Shown here: piece after piece, positions 1-9,651 of the stretch
Layout: every line of letters begins with the position of its first letter
Position numbering within the stretch: the first letter of the stretch is position 1
Source: an uncultured Candidatus Micrarchaeota archaeon
GTDB taxonomy: Archaea > Micrarchaeota > Micrarchaeia > Burarchaeales > Fermentimicrarchaeaceae
Length of the DNA: 64,000 bases
Assembly: GCA_963760615.1 (NCBI GenBank)
Contig: CAVXDX010000013.1
Span: 1-64,000 of the forward strand
Reading direction: 5' to 3'
The notes under the pieces: generated by a model
Told to the model about the DNA's origin: nothing
Database searches by the model: none
What the model saw: only the letters and a program-made list of their open reading frames with translations
Translations under genes and position numbers: made by a program

Positions 1-285
1 CACTACACGCAGCGACATGGGGTGTTACGGCGGGCCGGGCGCGGCCGGGCCTGTATTGGCGGGCGAGGATGAGAGTGGGAGCGTGGTCCCTAATTTCGTG
101 GATCTGCACCAGTCTGTTGCGATAAGGCTGATTCTGGGTGCGGGTTTGGCAGTCGGGGAGGTCACTTATCAGCACAGTGCCGAACCGATCGTGCGTCGTC
201 GACAGACTCCAGCCGGAGTGACGGTGACTGGCGGGACGCCGGTCAGCTTGGTAGTTTCCGATGGGGTTCCGGTTCCCGGAGTGGG
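1..285 (+). other. Foreign high-GC fragment encoding part of a PASTA-domain protein, joined to the fold-back arm (probable chimeric contig end)
   Basis: 189/300 GC (63%) in the first 300 nt versus mid-40s% for most of the window. The frame of ORF 17..394 reads MGCYGGP...VVPNFVDLHQSVAIRLILGAGLAVGEVTYQHS...QTPAGVTVTGGTPVSLVVSDG, a PASTA-like pattern. Homology to the right arm starts at 286. Confidence 0.6.
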
Positions 286-1081
286 TCTGGTGCTGGTATG
301 GGTCCTGCAGTACTCTGAAATGTGGAAGCTGTCAAACCCGAGGTTGCTTGGATTTCCCACGCTTGATTTGGGTATTGCAAGCTGTACTATGTAGTTTGGA
401 TAACCCCTGTCGTATACTCCATTGCCATTGTAATCCTTAAGTTCTTGGTATACTCCCTTGACCTGACCCAAGTAGCTACCCGATTTGAAGTAGCTTGGCC
501 TGTCTGAGGTACATAAGGAGGTATCTGCCAATCAGGGTTCGAGTATAGACCAAACAGCGTCAGTGGTGGTCGTAACTCTCAAGCTTCACTCCATATTCAT
601 AACCGAATTGCCCTGTGTTTGGATCATTGTCCATATTCAGTGCAAGGTCAGATGGAGCCAGATCACCCTTTGCGTCTGGTGCCTCTGAAGTTATAATTGT
701 TATGTATATGCAGCCACTGTCCTGGTCAAAGTAGAAAGCTTCGTTGTCAAATTCCTCGTGCCCATAGGGTTCAGCAACAAGTATTCCGTCCTGGTTAGAA
801 CCTTTGGCTCATCGTAAAATACAAATGAACTTCCTATCCCCATTATGTGAACACCCGCTGGGTTGCCCCGCCAGCGTACTTGGGGTGTAGTTATCTTCTA
901 TAATGTACTGCACTCCTGCGTTGGGCAACCAGGTTGAGTGAGACCCCAATTAGCGCTATTTTTAATAGCATTCGCCCCAGTCGCCAAGACTGCCATCTGT
1001 TGCGTGTTTCGTGCAAACACCGTTTGCACTCAGTAATCCAATTAAGAGTAGGATACCTATCGTCGCAGATAATTTGTTCAT
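286..1081 (-). pseudogene. Truncated, frameshifted mirror copy of the PEF-CTERM gene 7142..8029
   Basis: Reverse-complement match to 7142..7950 with many indels. ORF 169..531 retains RPSYFKSGSYLGQVKGVYQELKD. Confidence 0.8.
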
Positions 1082-1164
1082 ATTAATACCTCCAAATATA
1101 TTTACATATCATGTCTATTTAAATCTTTCGTGTCATATGAAGAAAAAAACATTAAAATGGATGC

Positions 1165-1716
1165 TCAGGATGTTTTTCTCATTGCTATGAATGAGGCTGC
1201 CCCGAGCGAGATTATCAATGGCACTGCAATTGACGAACTCTGGCGCTGGAATTGGATGTGCTCTGGCTCTTTTACCGTGTAGTTGCACTTCAGGTTGTAA
1301 TCTAATACCTTTATCCCAGCAGTTGTGTTTATCTGATTGCAATCTTCGTTAGTAACAAACCAGAATTTCTTGCAACCACTGAAACTTGGCAGGTTGTAGA
1401 ACTTCAAACCGGTTATACCTGTCGTCGGTGGTAGTGTTGTTCAGTGTACACCACGGACCGGAATGGACCCAAATGGTACTATGCAGTCGTTGAGAGTCTT
1501 GTTTGTGCATATGCAGGTTTGAATCATAATGTAGTTTATTGCATACCGTCATCTCCATACGGTATAGCTCCAGATACTACCGCCGTTAATAGGCACCTTT
1601 TGTTACATTGTTAAAGGATACACTGTAGTCAGTGCATACACATCAAAAACCATCGGGGTTAATGCAAGCAAAAGCACGGCAATTAGAATGCCATTTTTCA
1701 TATAATTCCACCTCAT
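1165..1716 (-). pseudogene. Frameshifted mirror copy of the PEF-CTERM gene 6510..7058
   Basis: ORF pieces 1165..1407 and 1133..1342 carry KFYNLPSFSGCKKFWFVTN, HPIPAPEF and SIAVPLIISLGAASFIAMRKTS in different frames. Confidence 0.8.
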
Positions 1717-1808
1717 AGATTGTTCTTAATATTATTTGATTACAGGTAGTATATAAACCTTCCGTAATACGAGAGGGCGTATTTAAAAAAGAAAAGAAAA
1801 AATCAAAA

Positions 1809-2393
1809 TCAGCTCATTCTCCTCAGGTGTAAACGAAAGCCGCTGCTCCTGCTGCCACTATAAATGGTACAGCTATCGACGGAAATTCCGAAGATGGGGG
1901 CGAGGAGGCTGGTACTGATGGCTCGCCCTACCACTGTATAATTACATGCTCCATTGCCTGCTTTTACCGATGTATTGGTGATTATTTGATCATAGTTCTT
2001 GTTAGTGACGAACCAGAAGGTATGACAGCCGCTGAACCCAACATCGAATTTCAACCCATACATATTAGTAGTATGGTCAGGGTTAGAAGGAGGCATGTAT
2101 TCAAGAGTGAAGGGTCCAAGATCAGAGCCATAGCTTGATATGCACCTTCCTACGTCATTGTCATACTCAGTGCATATGCATGCCTGGAGAACCCAGTGAC
2201 TCACAGCAGGATCATGGTTCCCGCATACCTGGTATGTCCAGTTATACTTACCGCCAGCAACTGGCACTACAGACTGTAGTGTCACCGTGTAATTACCGCA
2301 GACGGGGAACTGAGGTTGCGTAGGCGGTGCAAATATAGCTGGGACTAGCATAAGAAACGCAAACAATGCTATTTTCGTCTTCATAAATTCCAC
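1809..2393 (-). pseudogene. Mirror copy of the PEF-CTERM gene 5825..6402 (intact centrally, frameshifted near the 3' end)
   Basis: Identical N-terminus. Reads GSDLGPFTLEYMPP where the right arm is frameshifted, but loses the APEF tail through its own indels. Confidence 0.8.
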
Positions 2394-2498
2394 CTCTCTT
2401 ATAGCTTTCGCAGTACTTATATTTAAATCTTACGCATAATCCCAAGTGTTGTAATGATGACACCATGGTTTTAAATTAGTGAACTTCCCAATATTAGT

Positions 2499-3368
2499 AT
2501 GAAGTCTATTACGATTTGGTTTATACTCACCACGCTAGCATTGATAATATGGCTGCTTGTCGATAACCCAAGCCTGGCCGGCCATCTGACAATTCTCATA
2601 TGGCTTGCGACTGCTGTAATTGTTATTAACCTATCGAAAAAAGCTAAGAGAAAGTTGAGCAGGAATGAGAAGCTTATTGCCATATTCTTAGGTATTCTTA
2701 TATGCATATTCAGCTTCACGAATGGACAGATGGGAATAGGAAACCTTGGCTATCACATTGGTGATTTCTCCGTGCTTCTCTCAGGCATTACACTTATTCT
2801 CTTAGCAGTTCTAGCCTACAGAGAGCTCCTTCTCCCCTCGATCATCCCGTTTGTTGCGTATGTGCTCTTCCACATATACGATAAGATGAGAAGCTGGCTG
2901 GAAGTCATAGGTGCTCCTCTTGAGATGCCTGTGGTGCGGATAAGCATTTTCATTCTTAATCTTCTGGGAGTTGGAGCCTACTCTCTTGATAATGCCATAA
3001 TGATCACTACAAAGGCAGGAGATATGCTGCAGATTCCCATAGTTTTCGACTGCACAGGGGTTGAATCCATGGGGGCTTACCTGCTCACAGCGGGCGTTAT
3101 TTTTTACTACTTCAGAAAAATGCCAAGGGATAAAAATATTATATTTCTGGTAGTTGGGATGGTTGGCACATACCTCGCAAACATAACAAGAGTGGTAGCC
3201 ATCTGCATGACAGCATATTACGAGGGTCCGGGTGCTGCAACTGAGACTGTCCATGCGAATCTTGGGTGGATTATCTTCGCAATATGGATGTTAATCTATT
3301 GGACTGCCTTCTTCTTCACCTATAGGAAATTCGAGAAAAGCAAAGGTTTTTATTCTAAAAATGAGTAA
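2499..3368 (+). CDS. Archaeosortase (mirror copy of 4841..5710)
   Basis: 289-aa translation identical to 4841..5710. Confidence 0.75.
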   Translation: MKSITIWFILTTLALIIWLLVDNPSLAGHLTILIWLATAVIVINLSKKAKRKLSRNEKLIAIFLGILICIFSFTNGQMGIGNLGYHIGDFSVLLSGITLILLAVLAYRELLLPSIIPFVAYVLFHIYDKMRSWLEVIGAPLEMPVVRISIFILNLLGVGAYSLDNAIMITTKAGDMLQIPIVFDCTGVESMGAYLLTAGVIFYYFRKMPRDKNIIFLVVGMVGTYLANITRVVAICMTAYYEGPGAATETVHANLGWIIFAIWMLIYWTAFFFTYRKFEKSKGFYSKNE

Positions 3369-3376
3369 AAATAGTC

Positions 3377-3727
3377 ATGAGGTGGACTTTAACTCTGATT
3401 GTTCTTCTGAGCTTGCTAGCACCATTGCTGGCAGCAGCGGTATGCGGTAATGGAATTTGTAGCGGCGATAAGAATTGCTCCACCTGCAGCCTTGACTGCG
3501 GAAAATGCAATGCAGCCGCATGCTCCCTTGACAATGACTGCTATTCAGGCATATGCTGCAATGGAGTTTGCAGCAGCTCATGCGTGGCCTATCCTCCTCC
3601 TAGAAACAATGAGTCGCCATATATTGCTTCAATCCTGTCAGTGGGCACATACTCCTTGGTGCTTGGCCTAATATTCATCGCCATAATTGCGTTCGTGGTT
3701 CTCACAAGGAGAAAGAAGGCTAAATAA
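3377..3727 (+). CDS. Small Cys-rich membrane-anchored protein (mirror copy of 4482..4832)
   Basis: 116-aa translation identical to 4482..4832. Confidence 0.7.
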   Translation: MRWTLTLIVLLSLLAPLLAAAVCGNGICSGDKNCSTCSLDCGKCNAAACSLDNDCYSGICCNGVCSSSCVAYPPPRNNESPYIASILSVGTYSLVLGLIFIAIIAFVVLTRRKKAK

Positions 3728-4158
3728 TTCTTTTTATTCTTAGGAGTACTAGCAGTGGTATAATCCATATAAGCTGAAGCGCCAGTATTATCAACACAAA
3801 GACAAGAGGGCTTATCACTGCGTATTTTGGTTCATCGCGTGCGGCAGGCGGAGTTATAGGCTTGTTTGATATCGGTTGGGAGTTTTTGCACAGGCATGAG
3901 ACATTGTCTAGGTCTGCCACCTGCGGACAGGTTATATTGCATACACAGATGCATTTATTTGCGTCGAGGACCATGTTGCCTTTGCATACCAAGCCGCATC
4001 TCTGGGCTGAGGGTACCACTACGACCAGGCTGCTTGTATAAACAGAACTGTTTAGATTTGACCCGACCAATTGGAATTGAATGTCCCTCGTGCCATTTGC
4101 ATCTGAAGGAATGCTCAGCTTTATAGAGTAATTCACTTCCTGATCAGTAAAATCTAAA
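3720..4158 (-). pseudogene. C-terminal fragment of a Cys-rich, C-terminally anchored surface protein; its 5' part is lost at the fold-back
   Basis: An open frame runs through the 90-bp spacer (DFTDQEVNYSIKLSIPSDANGTRDIQFQLVGS) into NLNSSVYT...CICVCNITC...TM. The upstream part of ORF 3720..4343 is only antisense of the arm. Confidence 0.65.
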
Positions 4159-4189
4159 CAGTTCTGTTTATACAAGCAGCCTGGTCGTA

Positions 4190-4489
4190 GTGGTACCCTC
4201 AGCCCAGAGATGCGGCTTGGTATGCAAAGGCAACATGGTCCTCGACGCAAATAAATGCATCTGTGTATGCAATATAACCTGTCCGCAGGTGGCAGACCTA
4301 GACAATGTCTCATGCCTGTGCAAAAACTCCCAACCGATATCAAACAAGCCTATAACTCCGCCTGCCGCACGCGATGAACCAAAATACGCAGTGATAAGCC
4401 CTCTTGTCTTTGTGTTGATAATACTGGCGCTTCAGCTTATATGGATTATACCACTGCTAGTACTCCTAAGAATAAAAAGAATTATTTAG
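4190..4489 (+). pseudogene. Right-arm copy of the same C-terminal fragment
   Basis: VPSAQRCGLVCKGN...hydrophobic helix...RIKRII. No signal peptide or real start; truncated at 4150. Confidence 0.6.
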
Positions 4490-4832
4490 CCTTCTTTCTC
4501 CTTGTGAGAACCACGAACGCAATTATGGCGATGAATATTAGGCCAAGCACCAAGGAGTATGTGCCCACTGACAGGATTGAAGCAATATATGGCGACTCAT
4601 TGTTTCTAGGAGGAGGATAGGCCACGCATGAGCTGCTGCAAACTCCATTGCAGCATATGCCTGAATAGCAGTCATTGTCAAGGGAGCATGCGGCTGCATT
4701 GCATTTTCCGCAGTCAAGGCTGCAGGTGGAGCAATTCTTATCGCCGCTACAAATTCCATTACCGCATACCGCTGCTGCCAGCAATGGTGCTAGCAAGCTC
4801 AGAAGAACAATCAGAGTTAAAGTCCACCTCAT
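4482..4832 (-). CDS. Small secreted Cys-rich protein with C-terminal TM anchor
   Basis: Signal peptide, CGNGICSGDKNCSTCSLDCGKC module, C-terminal hydrophobic helix plus TRRKKAK. Confidence 0.8.
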   Translation of the reverse strand: MRWTLTLIVLLSLLAPLLAAAVCGNGICSGDKNCSTCSLDCGKCNAAACSLDNDCYSGICCNGVCSSSCVAYPPPRNNESPYIASILSVGTYSLVLGLIFIAIIAFVVLTRRKKAK

Positions 4833-4840
4833 GACTATTT

Positions 4841-5710
4841 TTACTCATTTTTAGAATAAAAACCTTTGCTTTTCTCGAATTTCCTATAGGTGAAGAAGAA
4901 GGCAGTCCAATAGATTAACATCCATATTGCGAAGATAATCCACCCAAGATTCGCATGGACAGTCTCAGTTGCAGCACCCGGACCCTCGTAATATGCTGTC
5001 ATGCAGATGGCTACCACTCTTGTTATGTTTGCGAGGTATGTGCCAACCATCCCAACTACCAGAAATATAATATTTTTATCCCTTGGCATTTTTCTGAAGT
5101 AGTAAAAAATAACGCCCGCTGTGAGCAGGTAAGCCCCCATGGATTCAACCCCTGTGCAGTCGAAAACTATGGGAATCTGCAGCATATCTCCTGCCTTTGT
5201 AGTGATCATTATGGCATTATCAAGAGAGTAGGCTCCAACTCCCAGAAGATTAAGAATGAAAATGCTTATCCGCACCACAGGCATCTCAAGAGGAGCACCT
5301 ATGACTTCCAGCCAGCTTCTCATCTTATCGTATATGTGGAAGAGCACATACGCAACAAACGGGATGATCGAGGGGAGAAGGAGCTCTCTGTAGGCTAGAA
5401 CTGCTAAGAGAATAAGTGTAATGCCTGAGAGAAGCACGGAGAAATCACCAATGTGATAGCCAAGGTTTCCTATTCCCATCTGTCCATTCGTGAAGCTGAA
5501 TATGCATATAAGAATACCTAAGAATATGGCAATAAGCTTCTCATTCCTGCTCAACTTTCTCTTAGCTTTTTTCGATAGGTTAATAACAATTACAGCAGTC
5601 GCAAGCCATATGAGAATTGTCAGATGGCCGGCCAGGCTTGGGTTATCGACAAGCAGCCATATTATCAATGCTAGCGTGGTGAGTATAAACCAAATCGTAA
5701 TAGACTTCAT
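4841..5710 (-). CDS. Archaeosortase/exosortase-family transpeptidase (ArtC-like, PEF-CTERM type)
   Basis: Multi-pass membrane protein with the Cys-Arg-His triad motifs IVFDCTGVES, ANITRV and TVHANLGW. Divergent from three PEF-CTERM genes. Confidence 0.88.
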   Translation of the reverse strand: MKSITIWFILTTLALIIWLLVDNPSLAGHLTILIWLATAVIVINLSKKAKRKLSRNEKLIAIFLGILICIFSFTNGQMGIGNLGYHIGDFSVLLSGITLILLAVLAYRELLLPSIIPFVAYVLFHIYDKMRSWLEVIGAPLEMPVVRISIFILNLLGVGAYSLDNAIMITTKAGDMLQIPIVFDCTGVESMGAYLLTAGVIFYYFRKMPRDKNIIFLVVGMVGTYLANITRVVAICMTAYYEGPGAATETVHANLGWIIFAIWMLIYWTAFFFTYRKFEKSKGFYSKNE

Positions 5711-5824
5711 ACTAATATTGGGAAGTTCACTAATTTAAAACCATGGTGTCATCATTACAACACTTGGGATTATGCGTAAGATTTAAATATAAGTACTGCG
5801 AAAGCTATAAGAGAGGTGGAATTT

Positions 5825-6402
5825 ATGAAGACGAAAATAGCATTGTTTGCGTTTCTTATGCTAGTCCCAGCTATATTTGCACCGCCTACGCAACCTCAGT
5901 TCCCCGTCTGCGGTAATTACACGGTGACACTACAGTCTGTAGTGCCAGTTGCTGGCGGTAAGTATAACTGGACATACCAGGTATGCGGGAACCATGATCC
6001 TGCTGTGAGTCACTGGGTTCTCCAGGCATGCATATGCACTGAGTATGACAATGACGTAGGAAGGTGCATATCAAGCTATGGCTCTGATCTTGACCTTTCA
6101 CTCTTGAATACATGCCTCCTTCTAACCCTGACCATACTACTAATATGTATGGGTTGAAATTCGATGTTGGGTTCAGCGGCTGTCATACCTTCTGGTTCGT
6201 CACTAACAAGAACTATGATCAAATAATCACCAATACATCGGTAAAAGCAGGCAATGGAGCATGTAATTATACAGTGGTAGGGCCAGCGCATCAGTACCAG
6301 CCTCCTCCGCCCCCAGCTCCGGAATTCCCGTCGATAGCTGTACCATTTATAGTGGCAGCAGGAGCAGCGACTTTCGTCTACACCCTGAGGAGAATGAGCT
6401 GA
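5825..6402 (+). CDS. PEF-CTERM sorting-domain surface protein (one-base frameshift near 6090, probably a sequence error)
   Basis: GAGGTG RBS, signal peptide. Split into ORFs 5816..6157 and 6112..6402. Ends PPPPPAPEFPSIAVPFIVAAGAATFVYTLRRMS. Confidence 0.82.
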
Positions 6403-6509
6403 TTTTGATTTTTTCTTTTCTTTTTTAAATACGCCCTCTCGTATTACGGAAGGTTTATATACTACCTGTAATCAAATAATATTAAGAACAATCTATGAGG
6501 TGGAATTAT

Positions 6510-7058
6510 ATGAAAAATGGCATTCTAATTGCCGTGCTTTTGCTTGCATTAACCCCGATGGTTTTTGCATGTGTATGCACTGACTACAGTGTATCCTTTA
6601 ACAATGTAACAAAGGTGCCTATTAACGGCGGTAAGTATAACTGGAGCTATACCGTATGCAGAACTGACGGTAATGCAATAAACTACATTATGATTCAAAC
6701 CTGCATATGCACAAACAAGACTCTCAACGACTGCATATACTCATTTGGGTCCAATTCCGGTCGTGGTGTACAACTGAACTACACTACTGATCCGACGACA
6801 GGTATAACCGGTTTGAAGTTCTACAACCTGCCAAGTTTCAGTGGTTGCAAGAAATTCTGGTTTGTTACTAACGAAGATTACAATCAGATAAACACAACTG
6901 CTGGGATAAAGGTATTAGATTACAACCTGAAGTGCAACTACACGGTAAAAGGGCCACAGCACATCCCAATTCCAGCGCCAGAGTTCCCGTCAATTGCAGT
7001 GCCATTGATAATCTCGCTCGGGGCAGCCTCATTCATAGCAATGAGAAAAACATCCTGA
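6510..7058 (+). CDS. PEF-CTERM sorting-domain surface protein, paralog of 5825..6402
   Basis: GAGGTG RBS, signal peptide. Shares GGKYNWxYxVC / DPTTG-GLKF / GCxxFWFVTN. Ends PAPEFPSIAVPLIISLGAASFIAMRKTS. Several NxS/T sequons. Confidence 0.85.
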   Translation: MKNGILIAVLLLALTPMVFACVCTDYSVSFNNVTKVPINGGKYNWSYTVCRTDGNAINYIMIQTCICTNKTLNDCIYSFGSNSGRGVQLNYTTDPTTGITGLKFYNLPSFSGCKKFWFVTNEDYNQINTTAGIKVLDYNLKCNYTVKGPQHIPIPAPEFPSIAVPLIISLGAASFIAMRKTS

Positions 7059-7141
7059 GCATCCATTTTAATGTTTTTTTCTTCATATGACACGAAAGAT
7101 TTAAATAGACATGATATGTAAATATATTTGGAGGTATTAAT

Positions 7142-8029
7142 ATGAACAAATTATCTGCGACGATAGGTATCCTACTCTTAATTGGATTAGTGAGTGCAAA
7201 CGGTGTTTGCACGAAACACGCAACAGATGGCAGTCTTGGCGACTGGGGCCTGAATGCTATTAAAAATAGCGCTAATTGGGGTCTCAACTCAACCTGGTTG
7301 CCCAACGCAGGAGTGCAGTACATTATAGAAGATAACTACAACCCCAAGTACGCTGGCGGGAGCAACCCAGCGGGTGTTCACATAATGGGGATAGGAAGTT
7401 CATTCGTATTTTACGATGAGCCAAAGGTTCTAACCAAGGACGGAATACTTGTTGCTGAACCCTATGGGCACGAGGAATTTGACAACGAAGCTTTCTACTT
7501 TGACCAGGACAGTGGCTGCATATACATAACAATTATAACTTCAGAGGCACCAGACGCAAAGGGTGATCTGGCTCCATCTGACCTTGCACTGAATATGGAC
7601 AATGATCCAAACACAGGGCAATTCGGTTATGAATATGGAGTGAAGCTTGAGAGTTACCACGCACCACTGACGCTGTTTGGTCTATACTCGAACCCTGATT
7701 GGCAGATACCTCCTTATGTACCTCAGAACAGGCCAAGCTACTTCAAATCGGGTAGCTACTTGGGTCAGGTCAAGGGAGTATACCAAGAACTTAAGGATGA
7801 CAATGGCAATGGAGTATACGACAGGGGTTATCCAAACTACATAGTACAGCTTGCAATACCCAAATCAAGCGTGGGAAATCCAAGCAACCTCGGGTTTGAC
7901 AGCTTCCACATTTCAGAGTACTGCGGAAACGACCACATACCAGCACCAGAGTTCCCGTTCATTCTAGTGCCTCTGGCAATAACCGCAATAGCCCCAGTGC
8001 TTGGCTACTACATATCAAAGAGACAATAG
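7142..8029 (+). CDS. PEF-CTERM sorting-domain surface protein (different extracellular domain)
   Basis: GGAGGT RBS, signal peptide. Ends HIPAPEFPFILVPLAITAIAPVLGYYISKRQ. Confidence 0.85.
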   Translation: MNKLSATIGILLLIGLVSANGVCTKHATDGSLGDWGLNAIKNSANWGLNSTWLPNAGVQYIIEDNYNPKYAGGSNPAGVHIMGIGSSFVFYDEPKVLTKDGILVAEPYGHEEFDNEAFYFDQDSGCIYITIITSEAPDAKGDLAPSDLALNMDNDPNTGQFGYEYGVKLESYHAPLTLFGLYSNPDWQIPPYVPQNRPSYFKSGSYLGQVKGVYQELKDDNGNGVYDRGYPNYIVQLAIPKSSVGNPSNLGFDSFHISEYCGNDHIPAPEFPFILVPLAITAIAPVLGYYISKRQ

Positions 8030-8041
8030 AAATAGATTTTT

Positions 8042-9649
8042 TTATTTTTTCTTTCTTATTTTATTTATTTGAAAGCTGAATAGTTTACCCCTTTTTGTTA
8101 CAATAGGCTTCTCTCTTCTCACTCTTATTGTACCTGCATCTTCCCACATTTCAAACGATAGGTTCCTGCCCTTGCTTCTTCTCCTCAACCCATCATAAAC
8201 CGCATCAACAACCCTTTTCTCATCTACCTTTCCCAAACTGGGGCTCACTAAGACATCCATATGCGTGAATCCATGTTCATCCTCAGCCTCAACTACCTGG
8301 TAATCTGTGCTTGAGCCGCCGAACATTGCTGGTAAATCCTCCTCAAGCACATCCACCATGTCACTTCCTATAAGCGTCATGCCTTCTCCTGTGAGCTTCT
8401 CAAAACTCCTTATGTTATATATAACGTCTTCCAGGCCTAGTTTTTCATACCCGCATCCGCATTTCAGCTTCTCCATAACTCCATAATCCCCCATTTCAAC
8501 ATTAATAAGACGCTTTCTGGCAAACGGCGATAGGGAGGTCAAGAGAAAGGCATTAACATCGATTCCAAAGTCCTTTATCTCTCTTTTATATTGAATCATG
8601 GCCAATCTGTTGCTAAGGAAGTGCGTATCATCGCAATTTGAGGGTTTTCTGCAACCGAAACTTATAACTCCAATCTCAGATGCCGCATACCAGGGTATCA
8701 CCTCAGCCCCTGTACTCTCAATTTCCCTTCTCTTTGTTGGCGTGAGAGGTTCACCGGTAACAAGAAAAACCGCCCCCTCAATATCTGTCCCGGTATCGAC
8801 TGCGGATTTGCAAGCTCTCAGAGCGGAACTAACGAAAGTTGTTACGCAGCATCGTGAATTCTCTTTGATAACTCTTGAGATTTTTTCTGTTACCTCTCTA
8901 ACATCGTCTATATCCACCCATTTCATTTTTGGAAGCGGAATACCCATCACTCTCGCTTCGTAGATCATTGAATCAACCATGACTCTGTTTTTGATTGAGG
9001 AGTAAAGATTGCCTTTTCCTATTTTTGGGAACCATCTTGCTTGCGAGAACCAGCTAACCGGAACATTTCCAAGCTTTCCATATCTCAGAACGCATATCAT
9101 TCCCAGGCCAGTAGGCATCCAGACTATCTGAGGCGTATCAATCAAATTGTGGACATGCTGCATCACTGCAAAATCCTCTGCGCTTTCGGTAAGGGAATTG
9201 AAGTCAACCATTGTCTTTGTTCCTGAGCTTCTTGTAGCACCACTTGTTATCTCCAGCCCCGAATGGAAGAGAGTGTTATCAAAGTCACTCTCTTCAAAAG
9301 CAAACTTCCTCCCATTTCTAACGCAAATGCTCTTCCCCTTAAACTCATCTATCCTTACATATGCTCCCTCCTCAGCAAGCTCCCGAAGCGCTCCCTCAAC
9401 TCCCCTACTATCAACTAGTGATTTTACATCGCTGAACCTCAAATTTGCTGATTTGAGAAGCTTTAGAAAAGGACTATCCTCATTTTCGTATACCGCCTTC
9501 TTCACAATGTCTAAAAAATCTTCACTCCTGCTCTCACATTTTTTGGATACCTTCCCAACAGCATCCTCAATCGATAGCCTTTCCTTAAAAAAATTTCTTA
9601 GACCGCTGCATGCCCTGACATATCCAGCTAAATCCGAGGAGATGGGCAT
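8042..9649 (-). CDS. Phenylacetate-CoA-ligase-like (PaaK/CapK-type) adenylate-forming protein
   Basis: ITSGATRSSG phosphate loop, YAASEIG, EMGDYG, C-C-CG Zn-like site, C-terminal TKRGK lysine. Confidence 0.65.
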   Translation of the reverse strand: MPISSDLAGYVRACSGLRNFFKERLSIEDAVGKVSKKCESRSEDFLDIVKKAVYENEDSPFLKLLKSANLRFSDVKSLVDSRGVEGALRELAEEGAYVRIDEFKGKSICVRNGRKFAFEESDFDNTLFHSGLEITSGATRSSGTKTMVDFNSLTESAEDFAVMQHVHNLIDTPQIVWMPTGLGMICVLRYGKLGNVPVSWFSQARWFPKIGKGNLYSSIKNRVMVDSMIYEARVMGIPLPKMKWVDIDDVREVTEKISRVIKENSRCCVTTFVSSALRACKSAVDTGTDIEGAVFLVTGEPLTPTKRREIESTGAEVIPWYAASEIGVISFGCRKPSNCDDTHFLSNRLAMIQYKREIKDFGIDVNAFLLTSLSPFARKRLINVEMGDYGVMEKLKCGCGYEKLGLEDVIYNIRSFEKLTGEGMTLIGSDMVDVLEEDLPAMFGGSSTDYQVVEAEDEHGFTHMDVLVSPSLGKVDEKRVVDAVYDGLRRRSKGRNLSFEMWEDAGTIRVRREKPIVTKRGKLFSFQINKIRKKK

Positions 9650-9651
9650 GA

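Larger units (their letters stand above)
286..4059. repeat. Left arm of a ~3.8-kb inverted duplication (fold-back)
   Basis: Reverse complement of 4150..7950. Near the centre position x pairs with 8209-x (ORFs 2499/5710, 3377/4832, 2393/5816). Indels increase toward the window start. Confidence 0.97.
4150..7950. repeat. Right arm of the inverted duplication (continuous with the rest of the genome)
   Basis: Starts aaatctaaacagttctg (4150), the reverse complement of cagaactgtttagattt ending at 4059. The unique spacer is 4060..4149. Confidence 0.97.

Noticed and set aside
286-4059. Left-arm genes as a genuine second archaeosortase locus or diversified paralogs
   Set aside because: The inner genes are identical and the outer differences are mostly small indels that break frames, increasing toward the contig end. 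This fits sequence error on a fold-back read.
3866-4343. ORFs 3866..4126 and the 5' part of 3720..4343 (MISVGSFCTG...) as real proteins
   Set aside because: These are antisense read-throughs created by the fold-back junction.
6080-6100. Programmed frameshift in the first PEF-CTERM gene
   Set aside because: The mirror copy has the extra base (cttggacccttc versus cttgacctttc) and reads through. There is no slippery heptamer, so a sequence error is more likely.
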